Of a DNA stretch of 35,174 nucleotides, positions 11,865-25,350 are shown piece by piece. The notes beneath the pieces were generated by a model. It saw only the letters and a program-made list of their open reading frames with translations, did not search any database and was not told the origin of the DNA. Source of the stretch: Bigelowiella natans CCMP2755 (taxonomy: Eukaryota; Protista; Cercozoa); assembly GCA_000320545.1 (NCBI GenBank), contig ADNK01002149.1, positions 1-35,174 on the forward strand, in the 5' to 3' direction. The translations under genes were made by a program, and so were the position numbers. Numbering within the stretch: position 1 is the stretch's first letter; each line of letters opens with the position of its first letter.

Positions 11865-13382
11865 ATACGAAAATTTCGAGAAATATTGTGCCAGAGATGA
11901 TCTTCTTTGACGAAACAATTAAAGGAGGAGGCGGATTATCGCGAGGATCTACTTCAGCATACATGCTGCTGTACAGGAGGAAACAGCAGCCAGGGAAGAC
12001 GACGTCAAAGGCGACGTCAAAGGCTACCTTGGCAGCGATGAGTACCGCACTTGAAAGGAATAGTTAGTTCGATTGGATCGTGATATTGCTCATGTGATGA
12101 TGAAATTGGCCTTGGTTTTCGTGAGAAATAGCATGAAGATGAATCGTGGCGGCGGCGTGGTTACGACGACGACGATGATTATGATGATGACGTGACAACG
12201 TGACAGTATCTAATCAAGATCGAAACGGCATTGCAGGCCGCTTCCGACCGCCGACTGTGGACGAAATACCCAAAAAGTCGTATAGCATCTGCAGAAAACA
12301 TCACAGAATTGATTTTGAAGTATTGTTGTAGTGACATCATCACACGCACCATGATTTTGGCGTGGCTTTCTACTGCGAGGCAGTAGTAGAAATTAAACAT
12401 GTCGACGATCAGTCGAGGAGATCCGCGACGGTTTATTCATTCGAATAGCGTTGCATTCGCACAGCGTTGCATCGCAAAAACAGATCTCGGCGTTTATCGC
12501 TCTAATTTCCACAATCCTGCAGTGCTGTGTCCAATAAGAAAAAATGGGAGAACAATCTTTGCAGTATTTATTCATATAGCACACACGTTGGCAAACGTGG
12601 ATGCATCATCCACGTATGGAAATGCATCGAGTTTATGATTTTCCTCCATAAACATGTGATTTATTATATTTTTTAAAATGGTAAGTGACGAGTATGCTCT
12701 TTAGTTAGGCGTTTCTCATTCCTTCTCTCCCATTACTGTCTCCCCCTTCCCATTTCAGGCTGCTGGAGGACCTAAGAGCGGCAAGGGAACAACGGAAGAA
12801 GACTGAGGAGGAGGAAGAAAGGCAGAGGTCGCTCGCCAACGGCCGATCTCCCCCGCCCCACTTTTGATGATGTTGCGTTTTCCCCCATACGATATTGCTG
12901 CTGTCGATGTTGTATAGGAAATGGCAGAAGAGAAAGAAGAAAGAGCAAGCAGCAAAGAAGAGAACCGTGTTCCTTTTCTCGCCGCCGCCACCAATGATGA
13001 TGAAGACCGAAACAGCAGCTCTTTCTAAAAAGGGAGGGGATCGCGTGGTAGCTCTTCCTCCTCCTCCTCCTCCTCCTCCTCCTCCTCCTCCTCTTCCTCC
13101 TCCTAATCACCGTCCTTTCTTCCTTTATAAGTCATCAACGGTGAATGCGCTGGGATTGGGGGGGGACAAAGGTTTCTTGCACCTTCACATCAGGTTGTTT
13201 GCTAAAGGGGAGAAGGAGAGGGGAAGATAGTCGTCAATACCAGCACGATCATAGCGTCGATTAGAATATAAAGAATAATTTCGCTGGTTAGTATTTGCAT
13301 CCTCGTAATGAGTCAGTGTCAATGTATTTTATGCCCATGCGATGGAGGATGTTCAGTATGTTTGCGTGGGTGTTTCTGTTGT

Positions 13383-13426
<44 letters not shown>

Positions 13427-14695
13427 GCACGCGCGCGCGCGCCCGTGTGTGTTTGTGTGTGTGCTTATCGGTACGACTTTCTGTCTAGTTCGGCCAAGAT
13501 GCAAAGAATAGAAGCAGCTCCAAGAGCAACTTTACACCAGATACTACCAGTTATCAGAAAGGTCATCTCCCTGATAAATACTCTTCCTTATCTCTCTCTC
13601 TCCCCCTCCTCCCACCTGTCTGCGGGTGCATGTTGTTGGTGGGTTCTCTCTATGCATAAAACTCTTACAAATCTGGAAGAATAGAATAGCATCTACGATG
13701 AATCTTCCCTCCTCGCAATAATAGAAACGGCTGGCATCACATCCCACACGACAAAAGAACAGTCACTGTCGCATTTTCATGCGTAACATAACATGTGCAT
13801 CATCAAAACAGACAACTCAAATAGATCGCAGCTTGTTGCACCTACATACCGCAAACGCACTTATACTATCCTCTGTTGTGCAGAAATTGGGTATTGGAGA
13901 AAGGACCATGCTCGATATCTACCAAATTGTCAATCAGTCACCATCATCATCATTATCTTCTTCTTCATCATCATCATCGTCAATAGCAGCAGCAGCGGCT
14001 TCATCCTCAACCCCAACCAATTCTTCTGCTACATCGGCACTTCCCACCACCTCCTCGCAACTGCAACGACAACAACGATCAGAAGAAACGAAGGGAGGGG
14101 AGAAATTGAATGAGGAGGGGGGGGAGGAGGATAAGAAGAGTCGGGGCAATACTCAGCCCTCACGAAAACGCAAGAAGACGAATGAAGGTGCACAACATAG
14201 TTCCCCTCCCCCCCTTTTCGATTGTCTTATCATCATCATCTATTGTATTCTCATCATAGGAGGAGGAGGAGGAGGAAGAGGAGGAGACCAAATTGACATT
14301 GGACAACGGCTACTGTTTGTATCATCATCATCATCATCATCATCAATAGCTGCTTCGAGCTCCTCGTCGTCATCATCATCATCATCATCTCCTTCTCACT
14401 CTTTTTCCGGGTCTCCTCTTCACCTGCCGCTATCCACTGTTTTCCGAACCGATGAGCACCAGCACACCCTTCCTGACGGTAGCATCGGAGAGCCAGAAGA
14501 TTAGTGATAACGATAATAACAGTAATGATGATAGTAAAAATACCTATTTGTATGATTGCTAGCACAGCAACGTGAGGAGGTCACTCACACTCAACTCGCA
14601 AAAATAATGCGAGAAGAAACCTATTGGCATCACTTCTTTCATATTTTCATCTATATTTTTGTACTCTTCTATTTCACTTTTGAAAAAAGCAAGTT

Positions 14696-14731
<36 letters not shown>

Positions 14732-16226
14732 CCTCCAACACAGGCACTAGAACAACCATCGAGGCCAAGGAGTATCTGAAGCTTTTCATCGCGCCGTCAC
14801 CGACGACGACGTTTGGCTGCAAATCCGGCGGCGAACATCCCAGTGATGGTGAAGCAAAAACAGTAAAGGAGGACTACGACTACTCTATGAGCCCCCCCGT
14901 CGAGCAGGACGCAGCTCGGAAAGGATCCAAAAGATTGGGGGGAGGGGAACGTGGGTTTATCATGACTATGCTTGACTTTCCTGACGTCGGAAGGAGGAGG
15001 GGAGAAGGGGAGGGAGGAGGAGCAGAGGTCAAGGAGGACGGGACAACAAGGGGGGGGGGAGGCAAGATACGACGAGCACCCCATTGTACGATATATTGGT
15101 GTGCTAAATGTTAAAAGCCAAGCTACAGACAAGGCGCCATCGTCATCATCATCATCATCATTATCACCATCATCATCAACGCATCGATCACCGTCCCTTC
15201 CCTTCCCCTCCTCCTCCTCCTCCTCCTCCTCCTCCTCCTCCTCTTTCTGCGTTCACAATCTGTGCGAGATGGTTGCAGAGGGGTCCGCTGATAGGGCAAA
15301 CACAGTGGCGGCTGCACCCGCATATAAGGCTTACGCGCTCTTCGCTCCTCGTGATGAGCAAAGAGGAGGAGATCGACTCTCTGGGCGCTTCTCACAGTGC
15401 CGATGCTTGCATCCTAATCTCATCTTGGTCTGTCTTATGCATGCATGTGTGTGTGTGTGCGCGTGTGTGTGTGAATCACTTTCTATTACCTCGTGCTTGT
15501 CGTTGTCGAAGAGAATAAATCGTCGATGGTATATGAAGCTGTTGTGAAAAGGAATCGTTTGGTGCTTTGTCTTCTTTGTGCTGCTGCTACTGCTGCTATA
15601 GAATAATCCTGAGAAGGTAGAGGCGGTGGGATCGGTCATCTGTTTTGTACCTTCGCACATCGACGAGTCGCACGTATTGGCCTTCCACGACAACATCATC
15701 AACACGGTAATCATATGTGATGTCTTCGGTGTGTGTGGTGAGTCGGCTACACGTGCGTATTTACGTCATCAGCTACCATCCTTCGTTCCGATCGATCGAT
15801 CGAGGAGCCACACACATCATCCATGCCAATGCGTATGCTGACGCGGTGCCGATAACAACGAAGGTGCGTGTGGAGTTCCAGCACCTGAACCTTCCCCCGT
15901 TCCTGAGGTCGCACCCCAACTTCAAGCGGGAGCGCATGCAAATCGCCCTCCGCGCTGGCCGCGAGGACAACATCAGCACTGTCTTCGGGAGGCTGCGGCG
16001 TACAATCGAATGTGAAACGATGGCGTTGGGCTTGGGATCCTCATCATCACCAGCTGTATCTGCACTAGCTTCTTCTTCTTCTTCTTCTTCTTCTTCTTCC
16101 TCCTCCTCTCCTCCTCCTTCCTCTTCTGCTTCTTCATCACTTCTCAGCGGATATTCCGTGGTAGTGTTCGGTTGCGACCCAATCAGGATGGCACCGAGGA
16201 GGACGAGGAGGTGAGTGTAGCGTACG

Positions 16227-16268
<42 letters not shown>

Positions 16269-17407
16269 CCATCATCGTCGTCGTGAGTAGAAAACAGGGG
16301 GAATTGTGCGGCGTGCGATATACAATTTCCACTCGCCCTGAGGTGTTGGTTGGGAGTGAAATATTAACTCTTCGCTCGTGTGTCGGCACAATCGATGATT
16401 CTAACACAATTGCGCAGCAACAGCGTCGCAATCAAGTCTCCTACCACGCCTTCTTTGCATTAGATACACGGTCCCACCTCCAGGCCGCTGTGAGGAGAGA
16501 TCTGACACTGAGAAGAAGACACTCCGGGAGGCCTGCACAATCATGGGTTGTCGAAGATAAGAAAAGTTCTGCTCGGAGATACTACGATCTTCCTGCTTTA
16601 GGATATAAATATCATCATTTTCATCATCATCATTTTGGCGTTGTCGTCGTCATTGTCGTCGTCGTCGTCACGATCCTCATTTTTCATCACTAATTATCAT
16701 TCCCCCCCTCGCCTTGGTTTTCTCATTTCTGATGTCCATGCGACACCAGGCATGTGCGTTTGGAAATTCTTCTACACACTTGAGCCTTCACCGTTGTCAT
16801 CATCATCATCATCATCATCACAAGGAGCTATCAACGAAACCAACTCTATCAGCAGCAGCAGCAGCATCCACAAGAATCTTGCCCACACCACCGACAGTAC
16901 CACAGCGATATCATCCACCCCCTCCCCCTCCCCATTTCCATCTTCAAAAGTGACAATTCGTGTGCTATGGCTGGGGGAGGGGGGCGCGGGGGCATCCGAG
17001 ACTCCCATAGAGATCACAGTAGCATGTTCTTCTCCAGCTCTCATCACCACATCTACAGTAAAGGCACATATTGCGAGTGCGGTGTCGAAAGCCAAGATGC
17101 CCCACGGAACAACGAGTAGTAGTGCTACCACTAGCATAACCAACAGCAGCGGCGGCGGTGAACGAGCTGGTAAAGTAGGTCGGAGTAAGGAGGTTGCCGC
17201 TCCTCTCGATAAGGATGACATTTGGCTGTTTTGGATAAGTGCTGGCAGAATCGCCTTGGAGCTGCGCCATGACGATAGTAGCAGCAAAGCCAGTGGTGAT
17301 ATGCTCCTTAAAGACGTCCTGCCGTCCTCGTTGATGGGGTAGGGTATCTACCGATGATGGTGATGATAGTGATGATGCACACACGCGCCCGGAAGCATTC
17401 TTGCACG

Positions 17408-17444
<37 letters not shown>

Positions 17445-19293
17445 CCATATCACTTATTCGCTGCTCCAATGTGACTGTAATAATGCCCTCCTCCTCCCCT
17501 TTCTCTCCTCCCAACGCTCACTCTCAACCTCAGCACGTGGCCCTCGTTGCACGCGCAGATCGCGTTCAACAAGCAGGAAGAAGGCGGGGACAACAGCAGC
17601 AGCATTATCGGAGAGCTGGAAAGGAGAGAAGGGGGAGAAAGAGGAGGAGGAGGAGGAGGAGGAGGAGGAGGAAGCAGGCGAACGCACCACAATGCTAAGA
17701 ACGCCTCCCTCTCCAATGGCCACACCATCAATGAAACAGAGAATGAGAAGGATATAAAAGATGTTAACAATCCGTCGGGCAGTAAGATGGCCTCCTCCTC
17801 CTCCTCCTCATCATCATCATCATCATCATCATCATCGTCATCATCGGTCCGAGTCTTCGTATCGCACTTTCGACAGCAGGCAGTGATGATGGGGAGGGCG
17901 CCCTCAAACAACAACAACAACAACAACAACAGCAACAACTTCGCAGCTTCTAAGAAGAAGAGGGGAACAAAGCTTACCGCCTTTGCAATGCCCTTCGTCT
18001 ATAGGTACTCCTACGCTTTTAGTAAAGATGGATTGATGGATGGATGGATAGATGAATATGATCGATGCATGCATGGTGATTAGAAAACGATGATTCTAAC
18101 ACTCGATGATGACGGCATTGCAGCAGCAGCTAGTAGTATCAGTAGCTTCGTCTCTGCAATTGCTGCACTGACGAGTCATAACGTGTGAATAATCAGGTTA
18201 CGATCAACGGCTACCCCCGCAAGGGTAATGCGAGAATTCCGTCAAAAATTGGGGCAAAGCTTCCCTCCACGCGGTATTATTCGTATTGATTGTCCCTATG
18301 CCCTGTTGGTGAGTTGGGGTCGTAGCTTCCTCTCTTCTTCGCCTCCTTTTGTTTTTTTTTTGTATCTGATGATGCAATGTAGAGAGCGAGGGAGGGAGGG
18401 AGAGAGAGAGAGAGAAATTCCTCGATCCAATATGTCAATGTACATATCCACCCCCCGCTTGCTCTCGCGTTTCTGTTAGATGATGCGGCCAAATGGCGTT
18501 TGGTGTTGGCGCTTCGAGGCAATGGCGGAGGATCTTCTGGCAGGAGAAGCAGCAACAGCGGCACCTACTTCATTCCTCTCCATTCCTCGAGGGAATCCAC
18601 CAAACACGTGCCTATCCTCCAATCGCACCCCATGATCGCGGTCATTGTTTTCCGTATTGATGCTGCAGCTTCGACCAATTTCATATTGAGGAGAACCCAT
18701 TGCCTTTTTCCAACTTTGTTCTTCTCCTCCTCCTCCTCCCCCTCCTCCTACTTCTGATTATATTGCCACTGTTGTTACGACTAGCAGGACGGTGATTGCC
18801 TCGGAATTGTGCATGTTGGAGACGATGCGGCTAGTGAGAATAAGGTGGTGCTGAAGGTGGTGGTGGTGATGGTTTTTGAACGAAAGAGAGATTGTTATTG
18901 CATCATGTCGCGGGGGAGAGAGGGAGAGAGAGGAGAAAGGGGAGAGAGGCGCAGCAGATACATATTCTCCCAATAAACCTTTCCTATGGTGGTGATGGAG
19001 GCCTAAAGCTGGCAGTTACTAGAGTTAGTCCTGATGATTATCGAATCATCCGACCTACGAGTTGTGCTACCCACCTATCTTCGTATCTTCGTTGCTGATG
19101 TTGCTTGCGACTTTTGACAGCTCGGGGGCTCTTCCTCTGGGAGGGAACGGCAGTTCTATCACGGTAACAATGGAAAGCAGAGCTGGTTGGACACGGAGGG
19201 GCTAGAGCGCCTTATTCTTCCTCCGAGCGACATTTGAATCTACGACGATTGCGTTTGATTTGATTTTCTTTCACGTCAAGTGGAGAGTGCGTT

Positions 19294-19329
<36 letters not shown>

Positions 19330-19498
19330 CACTTAAACACACAAACACATCGTTATGTGATGCTGCTAGCTTTCCCTTGCAGGTCTGATGAGAAGCAGAG
19401 CCAGAAGAGAGGTGGGACTGGTAATAAGGAGCAGTGTAGTCGCAGCAGATGGCGCCACGCCCGGTGGTGAAGGAGATGGAGAAAAGACTGGAAGCTAG
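6203..19498 (+). CDS. Multi-exon ubiquitin-specific protease (peptidase C19, USP40/USP47-like) with an N-terminal PUB domain and a long low-complexity C-terminal region
   Basis: PUB exons: YLKTVSILSKICQNIIK / DPANPKFQKLKLASKAVQRHIVE / VPGAEEFLQAIGF (6433-6900). USP motifs: Cys box PGLINSGATCYLNALLQ (exon 7523-7582); QHDAHELNRIL (~8200); ESFFDLSFP (~8940); KKINNSFKFP (~10365); AVIVHSGG (~10935); His box SGHYISYVK (11211-11237); WTRFDD (~11428); AYMLLYRR (~11957). Last exon RARREVGLVIR ends at TAG 19496-19498 and resembles the RE-x2-L-x-I tail of USP47/40. Exon structure from 12 to 19 kb is only approximate. Confidence 0.88.
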
Positions 19499-22400
19499 AT
19501 CAACAAATAGTCAAACAGTGATAGTCGCAAGGTTTGCGGTCGAATGATTTAGAGCATTGCGCGTGTAGGCTGCCCATATCGCGATCATTTAATTTTTTTC
19601 AGTATTATGAGAGCGTAGTTACCCTAGGCAATGAATGCAATGGACATGCATACTACATGCAGCGTGCTAGCGTAGTATACAAACTAGCTGAGTGCACTAG
19701 CTCATTCACAGTGGAAAGGCCTCGCTCGTAGAGACGCTTCTCGCGCAGATGTCATACTACTTCCAGACTCGTGCTGACGACGCACATGTACAGCTCTCGC
19801 ATCATAACACGTCAATTGATCGTCACAGAAAAACTGGCAAATGCGCGTTATACGCGGCCAACTAGCTAGCTAGCCAAATGCTCACCAATTCATCGCTTCT
19901 CATCAAAAGTTGTTACACGAATAATTTTGATACAAAAGTAAATTGCGTTTTTCATTCTGTTATTCGAAGTAAGCACTACGCATCAGCATGGTCCTTGAAG
20001 CAAGCTAGCAAGCCGGCAACCGCGCATGCATGCTTGCTGCTAAGAACGGATCCTTCCTTACGTGTGTGTGACGCCTCGCACTGAGCGCACGTTGGCGATC
20101 GTTATTCCTTCTACGTACTCATTTATTTCGGCTTCTTTGAACAGCTTACTAGCTTATTTGAACGAGCAAATCACTTGTCACACTTACTGCACGTCAGTCG
20201 CGGGGATGGTCGCCATACCGACAGGAGCGCGCTTTGCGGCACCGAGAGACAGCTCGATTTCTAACTTCTCGCTGCCAGCTCGCACCACGGACAACCGTAT
20301 GACGTCTCCAGGCTTGTACTGTTCGTGCATACCAACCAGAATCAGAATCAAACAAGTAAGCTGTTCTGCTGATGCTGAGAGTTATTTAAGGCCCCTCCCC
20401 CCCCTCCCCCCACCCTCTCCTCTAAAAAATTTGAGAAACAGATGCCCATGGCAACTACCTTCTCCAATATCCTGTATACGTCGGACTCGTTCTGGAGCTT
20501 GTCGCCGTCGATAGCGGTGATGATATCCCCGATCTTCAGATCACCTGCAAGGGAGAAGATGGAGAGGACGTGTCATTCAAGCTATTGCGGCCGCGGTCTC
20601 TTCAAGTAGGAAAATCCCTTTTTTTGGTGAAATGTTGGCTTGGAGAGTGTGCTGACCTGCGTCTGTTCGCGACATGCCTATTAACCCGGCCTCCTGAGCC
20701 GGTGATTCCGGAGCAACCTGATGGTGGATGTGGATTGCCACCAACCGGGTTATTATCACGCGCAATGAAGAAGGGGGGTGGGGGGGGGGGAAGAAAGGGT
20801 GCAAATGCATCAACGTCGAGGATCCTTTTCAGACGGAGGTCATTTCGGAATTTCGAGAAAAATGTTGTTTGATGTCGTTTTGGCTACTGCGTTCAGAAAT
20901 GACGTGGCTATGATCTGTGTCTCATCGCGACTATGTGATTGTCTGTGGAGTTCCTCCTACCTCAAGTACAGCAACGCCTGGAATATTCACTCCAAAGGAC
21001 TAATTATGGGTGGGGGTGAAATTCAAATGCATGGCAGAATTGCTCGGCGTGTGACGGCAGCATCATCCGAACTTTATTATCACTACGCACTTCACTTTCT
21101 ATCATTATTATTATAATTATTATTATTATTATTATTATTATTAGCAGCAGCAGCAGCAGCAGCAGCAGCATCCCAATCAGCTTCGATGAATGGGGTCAAA
21201 GCTAACACACCTTGAGCGCCTGTGTGTCGAACAAGGCCACTCCTGCGATAATTAAAAACAATGTTGATGGTGAGGAAGGAGAAGAAGAGGGCGAAAAAGA
21301 AGAAGACGATGATGCAGTGATGATGATTGTGCACAATTCAACCTAATTTTGGCCTCAAAATCTGGCCCTTCTGGATTAGCGTAGAGACGATTTGCTACAA
21401 TAGCATTGGTGAAAATATTAATGTGTGTCAATGTGTTCTTGCCCGTGTAGTTCATTGTAGATGCACATGCTACAATCGTGAGTTGCTAATCCATCAGCAT
21501 TTGACAGGCAATCATCAATAACGAATCCCGATTTAATGTGCATTCAAATAGCGAGTTTTCACGAAATTCAATCATTGTTCCACGGCCTGCAACGACACCA
21601 ATACCTACTACTATTACCACTACAACTACTGCTACTACCACATACGATTACCTTGGCTGAGTCGATAGGAATCGCAAATCCAACGCCCGAAGACGCTCCA
21701 CTCGGCGAGAAAATCGCTTTTATTATTATCATCACCATTATTATTACTGATTGTTTATAGAGGGGGAAATCATCATGACTATTGGTGTAAAAGTAGATCG
21801 CGCGAAGTCTTCGTAGCTATGTTTTCGCTGTAATGCGCTCACCATTATCACCATCACCATCATCATCATCATCATCATCATCATCATTCTATGGTAGGGT
21901 AGAGATATACTGCTACCAAGGTCCTCTTTGTAGCTACAGAGACAACTATTATAACCATCATTGTTATCATAATTATCATCATCATCGTCGTCGTCGTCAA
22001 GCGCACCTGTGTTTATGCCGATGATTTGCCCTGCTGAGTTCAGCAGCGGCCCGCCGCTACGAAACAACAACAACAACAACAACAACAACAAGAACAACAT
22101 TGATAGTATCGACGAGTATTAGTAGTCACGTACTTCTTCTACATATGACTGTAAGCAATTTGGAATAGTTGAATATCTTTGTTGCACCTTCCTTTAATAC
22201 TTCGTAGACACCGTGGATATCACTCCTCCTCCTCCTCCTCCTCCTCCTCCTCCTCCTCATCCTTTTCCCCCCCCCCCCCCCCCCACTTTTCTTCTTCTTC
22301 TTCTTCTTCTTCGTAGTAGCAGTAGTAGTACCTATTGCCTGGGTTAATAGAGGCGTCTGTTTGTATGACATTGAATATCGGCCTACCCGTCGGAGACATA

Positions 22401-23438
22401 ACCTGGTTTGAAGGAAATCAAACAAACATCATCATGATCATCATCCTCATCATCATCCTCATACTCATCATCCTGAGTCAAAGGCACAGCAACGTAAAGG
22501 AATGGGTGAAGAGCTTCATCGATTTGTCGTCTCTTTTCATCGCAATAGGCCCATAGTTACCACCATCACCACCACCACTACTTCTAAAACTACTACTACT
22601 TCTTCTACTACTACTACTACTACTACTACTACTCCTACACACTAGAATCCATGCTTGTTTTTCCTCCTACCTGACGGCCGAGGCCTGATACTACACCGAC
22701 GGTGAGAGTGTGGTCAAGCCCGAAAGGGTTTCCTATTGCAATGGCCCCCTGCCCAACCTTGTTGTTTGAGGAAGGATGAAGGAGGGAGAATGAATCAGGG
22801 GAAGAAGAAGAAGAAGAAAGCATATAATCCCAATGACGACGACGATGCTTTAAGTAGTGGCTATTTCATCACCATCATCATCATCATCATCATCGTCAAT
22901 GTGTGAAATAAGATATAAACTCTATGCATAGAACGTAGTACACGACTCTTATGATGATATGCTGCTGCTGCTGCTGCTGCTGCTGCTCACGGCACATACA
23001 AGAAGATCCGAAGACGTTCCTACAGACAACGGCTTTAGCAGCTCCGAGGGAGCATCCACCTGGAAGAAGAAAAAGAAAAAGAAGAAAGAGAAGAGGAAGA
23101 GGAGGAACATCAGCATCAGCAGCAACAATAACGAATGAAGATGAGATGGAATGACGACGGATAAGAGAAACACCACCACCATCATCATCATCGTCGTCGT
23201 TGTGGTTGTCGTTAACACCCATGAATTACTGCCGTACTCCTACTGCTACTACACTTGACAAATTCGACAGACAATGGAAGAAGAAGAAGAAGAAGAAGAA
23301 GAAGAAGAAGAGGCTATTCCGGTCTTACAACAACACGATGACCTCCTACCTTGAGCACAGCAATATCTTTATCTGGATCATATCCTACGAGTCGAGCATC
23401 AAACCTATGTACGTGCAGAAAGATGGATCATACCCAGA

Positions 23439-23478
<40 letters not shown>

Positions 23479-23723
23479 GCACACACATACGCCAACACAC
23501 GCCTACACACGCAGGTACTTGCATAGGAATGGGGCTTGACATTTAGCCTTTGCAGCATCAAGCAAACTTCAAATCGCTAAACAAAGCTAAAGCACCAACT
23601 ACTAGCTTCTCTCCTCCCTCCTTCCCTTTTCTTCTTCTTCCCCGTCTCTTGCCCCCCCCCGTGCATATTACGTCTTCAAGGTATTTGTGGCGCCCTCTTC
23701 TCGTGATAGCACACCAGTGAAGT

Positions 23724-23763
<40 letters not shown>

Positions 23764-23929
23764 CGGCAAAGCAACATAGTAACAAGCAGAAAAATGCAAA
23801 CTGTGAGTGAGTGGGTTGGAGGGTAAGGGCATAACCAACTATCTGAGGAGTGAGGCAGGAATAAAGAAAAACTCTCTTTATTTTTTATGTTGTTCAAATA
23901 GTACGAAGGAGGTCAAGGAAAACACGTAG

Positions 23930-23963
<34 letters not shown>

Positions 23964-23965
23964 TT
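8890..23965. repeat. Dense field of di- and trinucleotide microsatellites in introns and low-complexity exons
   Basis: Dozens of (CA)n, (TG)n, (CT)n, (TCA)n, (TCC)n, (TTC)n, (AGT)n, (CAG)n and (AAC)n tracts, e.g. 8896-8922, 9343-9430, 10620-10662, 11822-11860, 13056-13103, 14698-14729, 22597-22632, 23278-23309. Confidence 0.95.
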
Positions 23966-24984
23966 CCATCCTATTATTGTGTACAATGGTGGTGTGTAAA
24001 GGTGTCGATAGCAAAAAATGCTGGTGAAAGAACTACCAGAAATGGTAACTTTCGCTGTCTGCGCGGTCCGTATCACGTGAAAATTCGTCACAATGTGGCC
24101 TTCTTTGTCCCAGACAAAACTGTAAAAATATGTAATCTCTCAGCAAATGCAAGACTTCATAATGTGCGTGAGTCTTCTCTCCTTTACATGTAAAATCCTA
24201 TCAAAACATTGAAATCATCTCCATCTTAGTCGTTTGGCTTAAACACTCCCCTCCCCACCCCTCCTCATGCGGTTAATCTCGTACCCACTCCCTGTGCCTG
24301 CTGGTATTTCCGTGGCGTCCATGGAGAAGAAAGAATGCGTGTTCTGAACGAAGGTGCTGATGTACACTACGCCAGTCGTAGATCGTTGGAACACTTTGAT
24401 GGTACTCTGTGTAGAAAACAAGGGAAAATAACGAGCGGATTATATTCAATCCTCAATGGTCGATTTCATCGTAGGAAGGTTGCTTCCAAAGCGCCAACCG
24501 TTCCCCATTTGAAATTTGTACCTGCTCACTGGCTTGCAAAACCTGCGCTGCATTCGCGCTGTCAATACTGCTAAGCACCAAGTCGCTTCCTAAAACCGTT
24601 CCAGCAGCCAAAAGACCGCCCCCAACGGCCATGTGCTGCCCTATTTCTCGTCGACGTAGTGGATTCGTGCTTTTCTTTCCGCTGCAAGGGATTTGCTCGC
24701 TAGCGTCATCAATCTTGGTGTGCTGGTTTCCATTTTTTTTGCTTCGCACCAATAACCTGGTAACGAATGAAAGCAACCAGTGAGTTCGGTGTGTGGAATC
24801 GAAGGCGAAGCGTCTACTACAATCCCAACTGCACTAACTATTACTGCTACAACTACCTGTTTCTTCGGGGGATCTGGATGATGGGCGATAGCCTGGAACT
24901 ACGTCTTAATACACCCCCACCAATTGCGGTCGGCGTAAGGGTAGCGTAGAGTGCGACACCCAGGAGGCTGATGATCGTCATCAT
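20184..24984 (-). CDS. Deg/HtrA (S1C) serine protease with one PDZ domain, plastid thylakoid-lumen Deg1/Deg8-like
   Basis: Minus-strand exons: GTGSG; [16 protein letters not shown] (His); [18 protein letters not shown] (Asp); [22 protein letters not shown]; [11 protein letters not shown]|SGGPLLN (Ser codon split by an intron); [13 protein letters not shown]; [12 protein letters not shown]...[13 protein letters not shown]. Start ATG 24984 with an upstream in-frame stop; TAA at 20184-20186. Confidence 0.95.
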
Positions 24985-25350
24985 TCGGCTTGTTTGAAGG
25001 GAGGAGGAGGCAAAAGCGACCGACCGAGTCTGTGGTTCGGCTTCTCTCGCTTCCCAGCGGGTATTCCTTTTCAGAAAATACTACTTTAATGTTGTCGCAT
25101 ATTCTAAAAGGGGCCCATATTATTTCTTTTCAATCTTGCAACACCGGACTGACGCAGGCCGTTTTTGAAAGGCGTCTGCGTAGAGACTCTGCAATGCCTC
25201 CACGAGAAAAATCTTGGAAGCAACCCGAAGTCAAATACTGCACTGCTTTTCTAGGAGTCTATTTTCTTTTGACGACAAGAGTCTTTGATTACCTCTTGCA
25301 GAAAACGCCCTCTTTTTCTTCTCAGAAATCTGCGGGTTCGCTTCCGTTGA
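24985..25350. promoter_or_regulatory. Putative bidirectional promoter (Deg protease / PARP-like gene)
   Basis: Only 366 bp between divergent start codons; no long microsatellites. Inferred from gene arrangement only. Confidence 0.45.

Noticed and set aside
9160-18973. Many short ORFs with poly-M, -R, -H, -L, THTH or ERER runs on both strands
   Set aside because: They are open only because microsatellites lack stop codons; they are antisense or off-frame to the USP exons.
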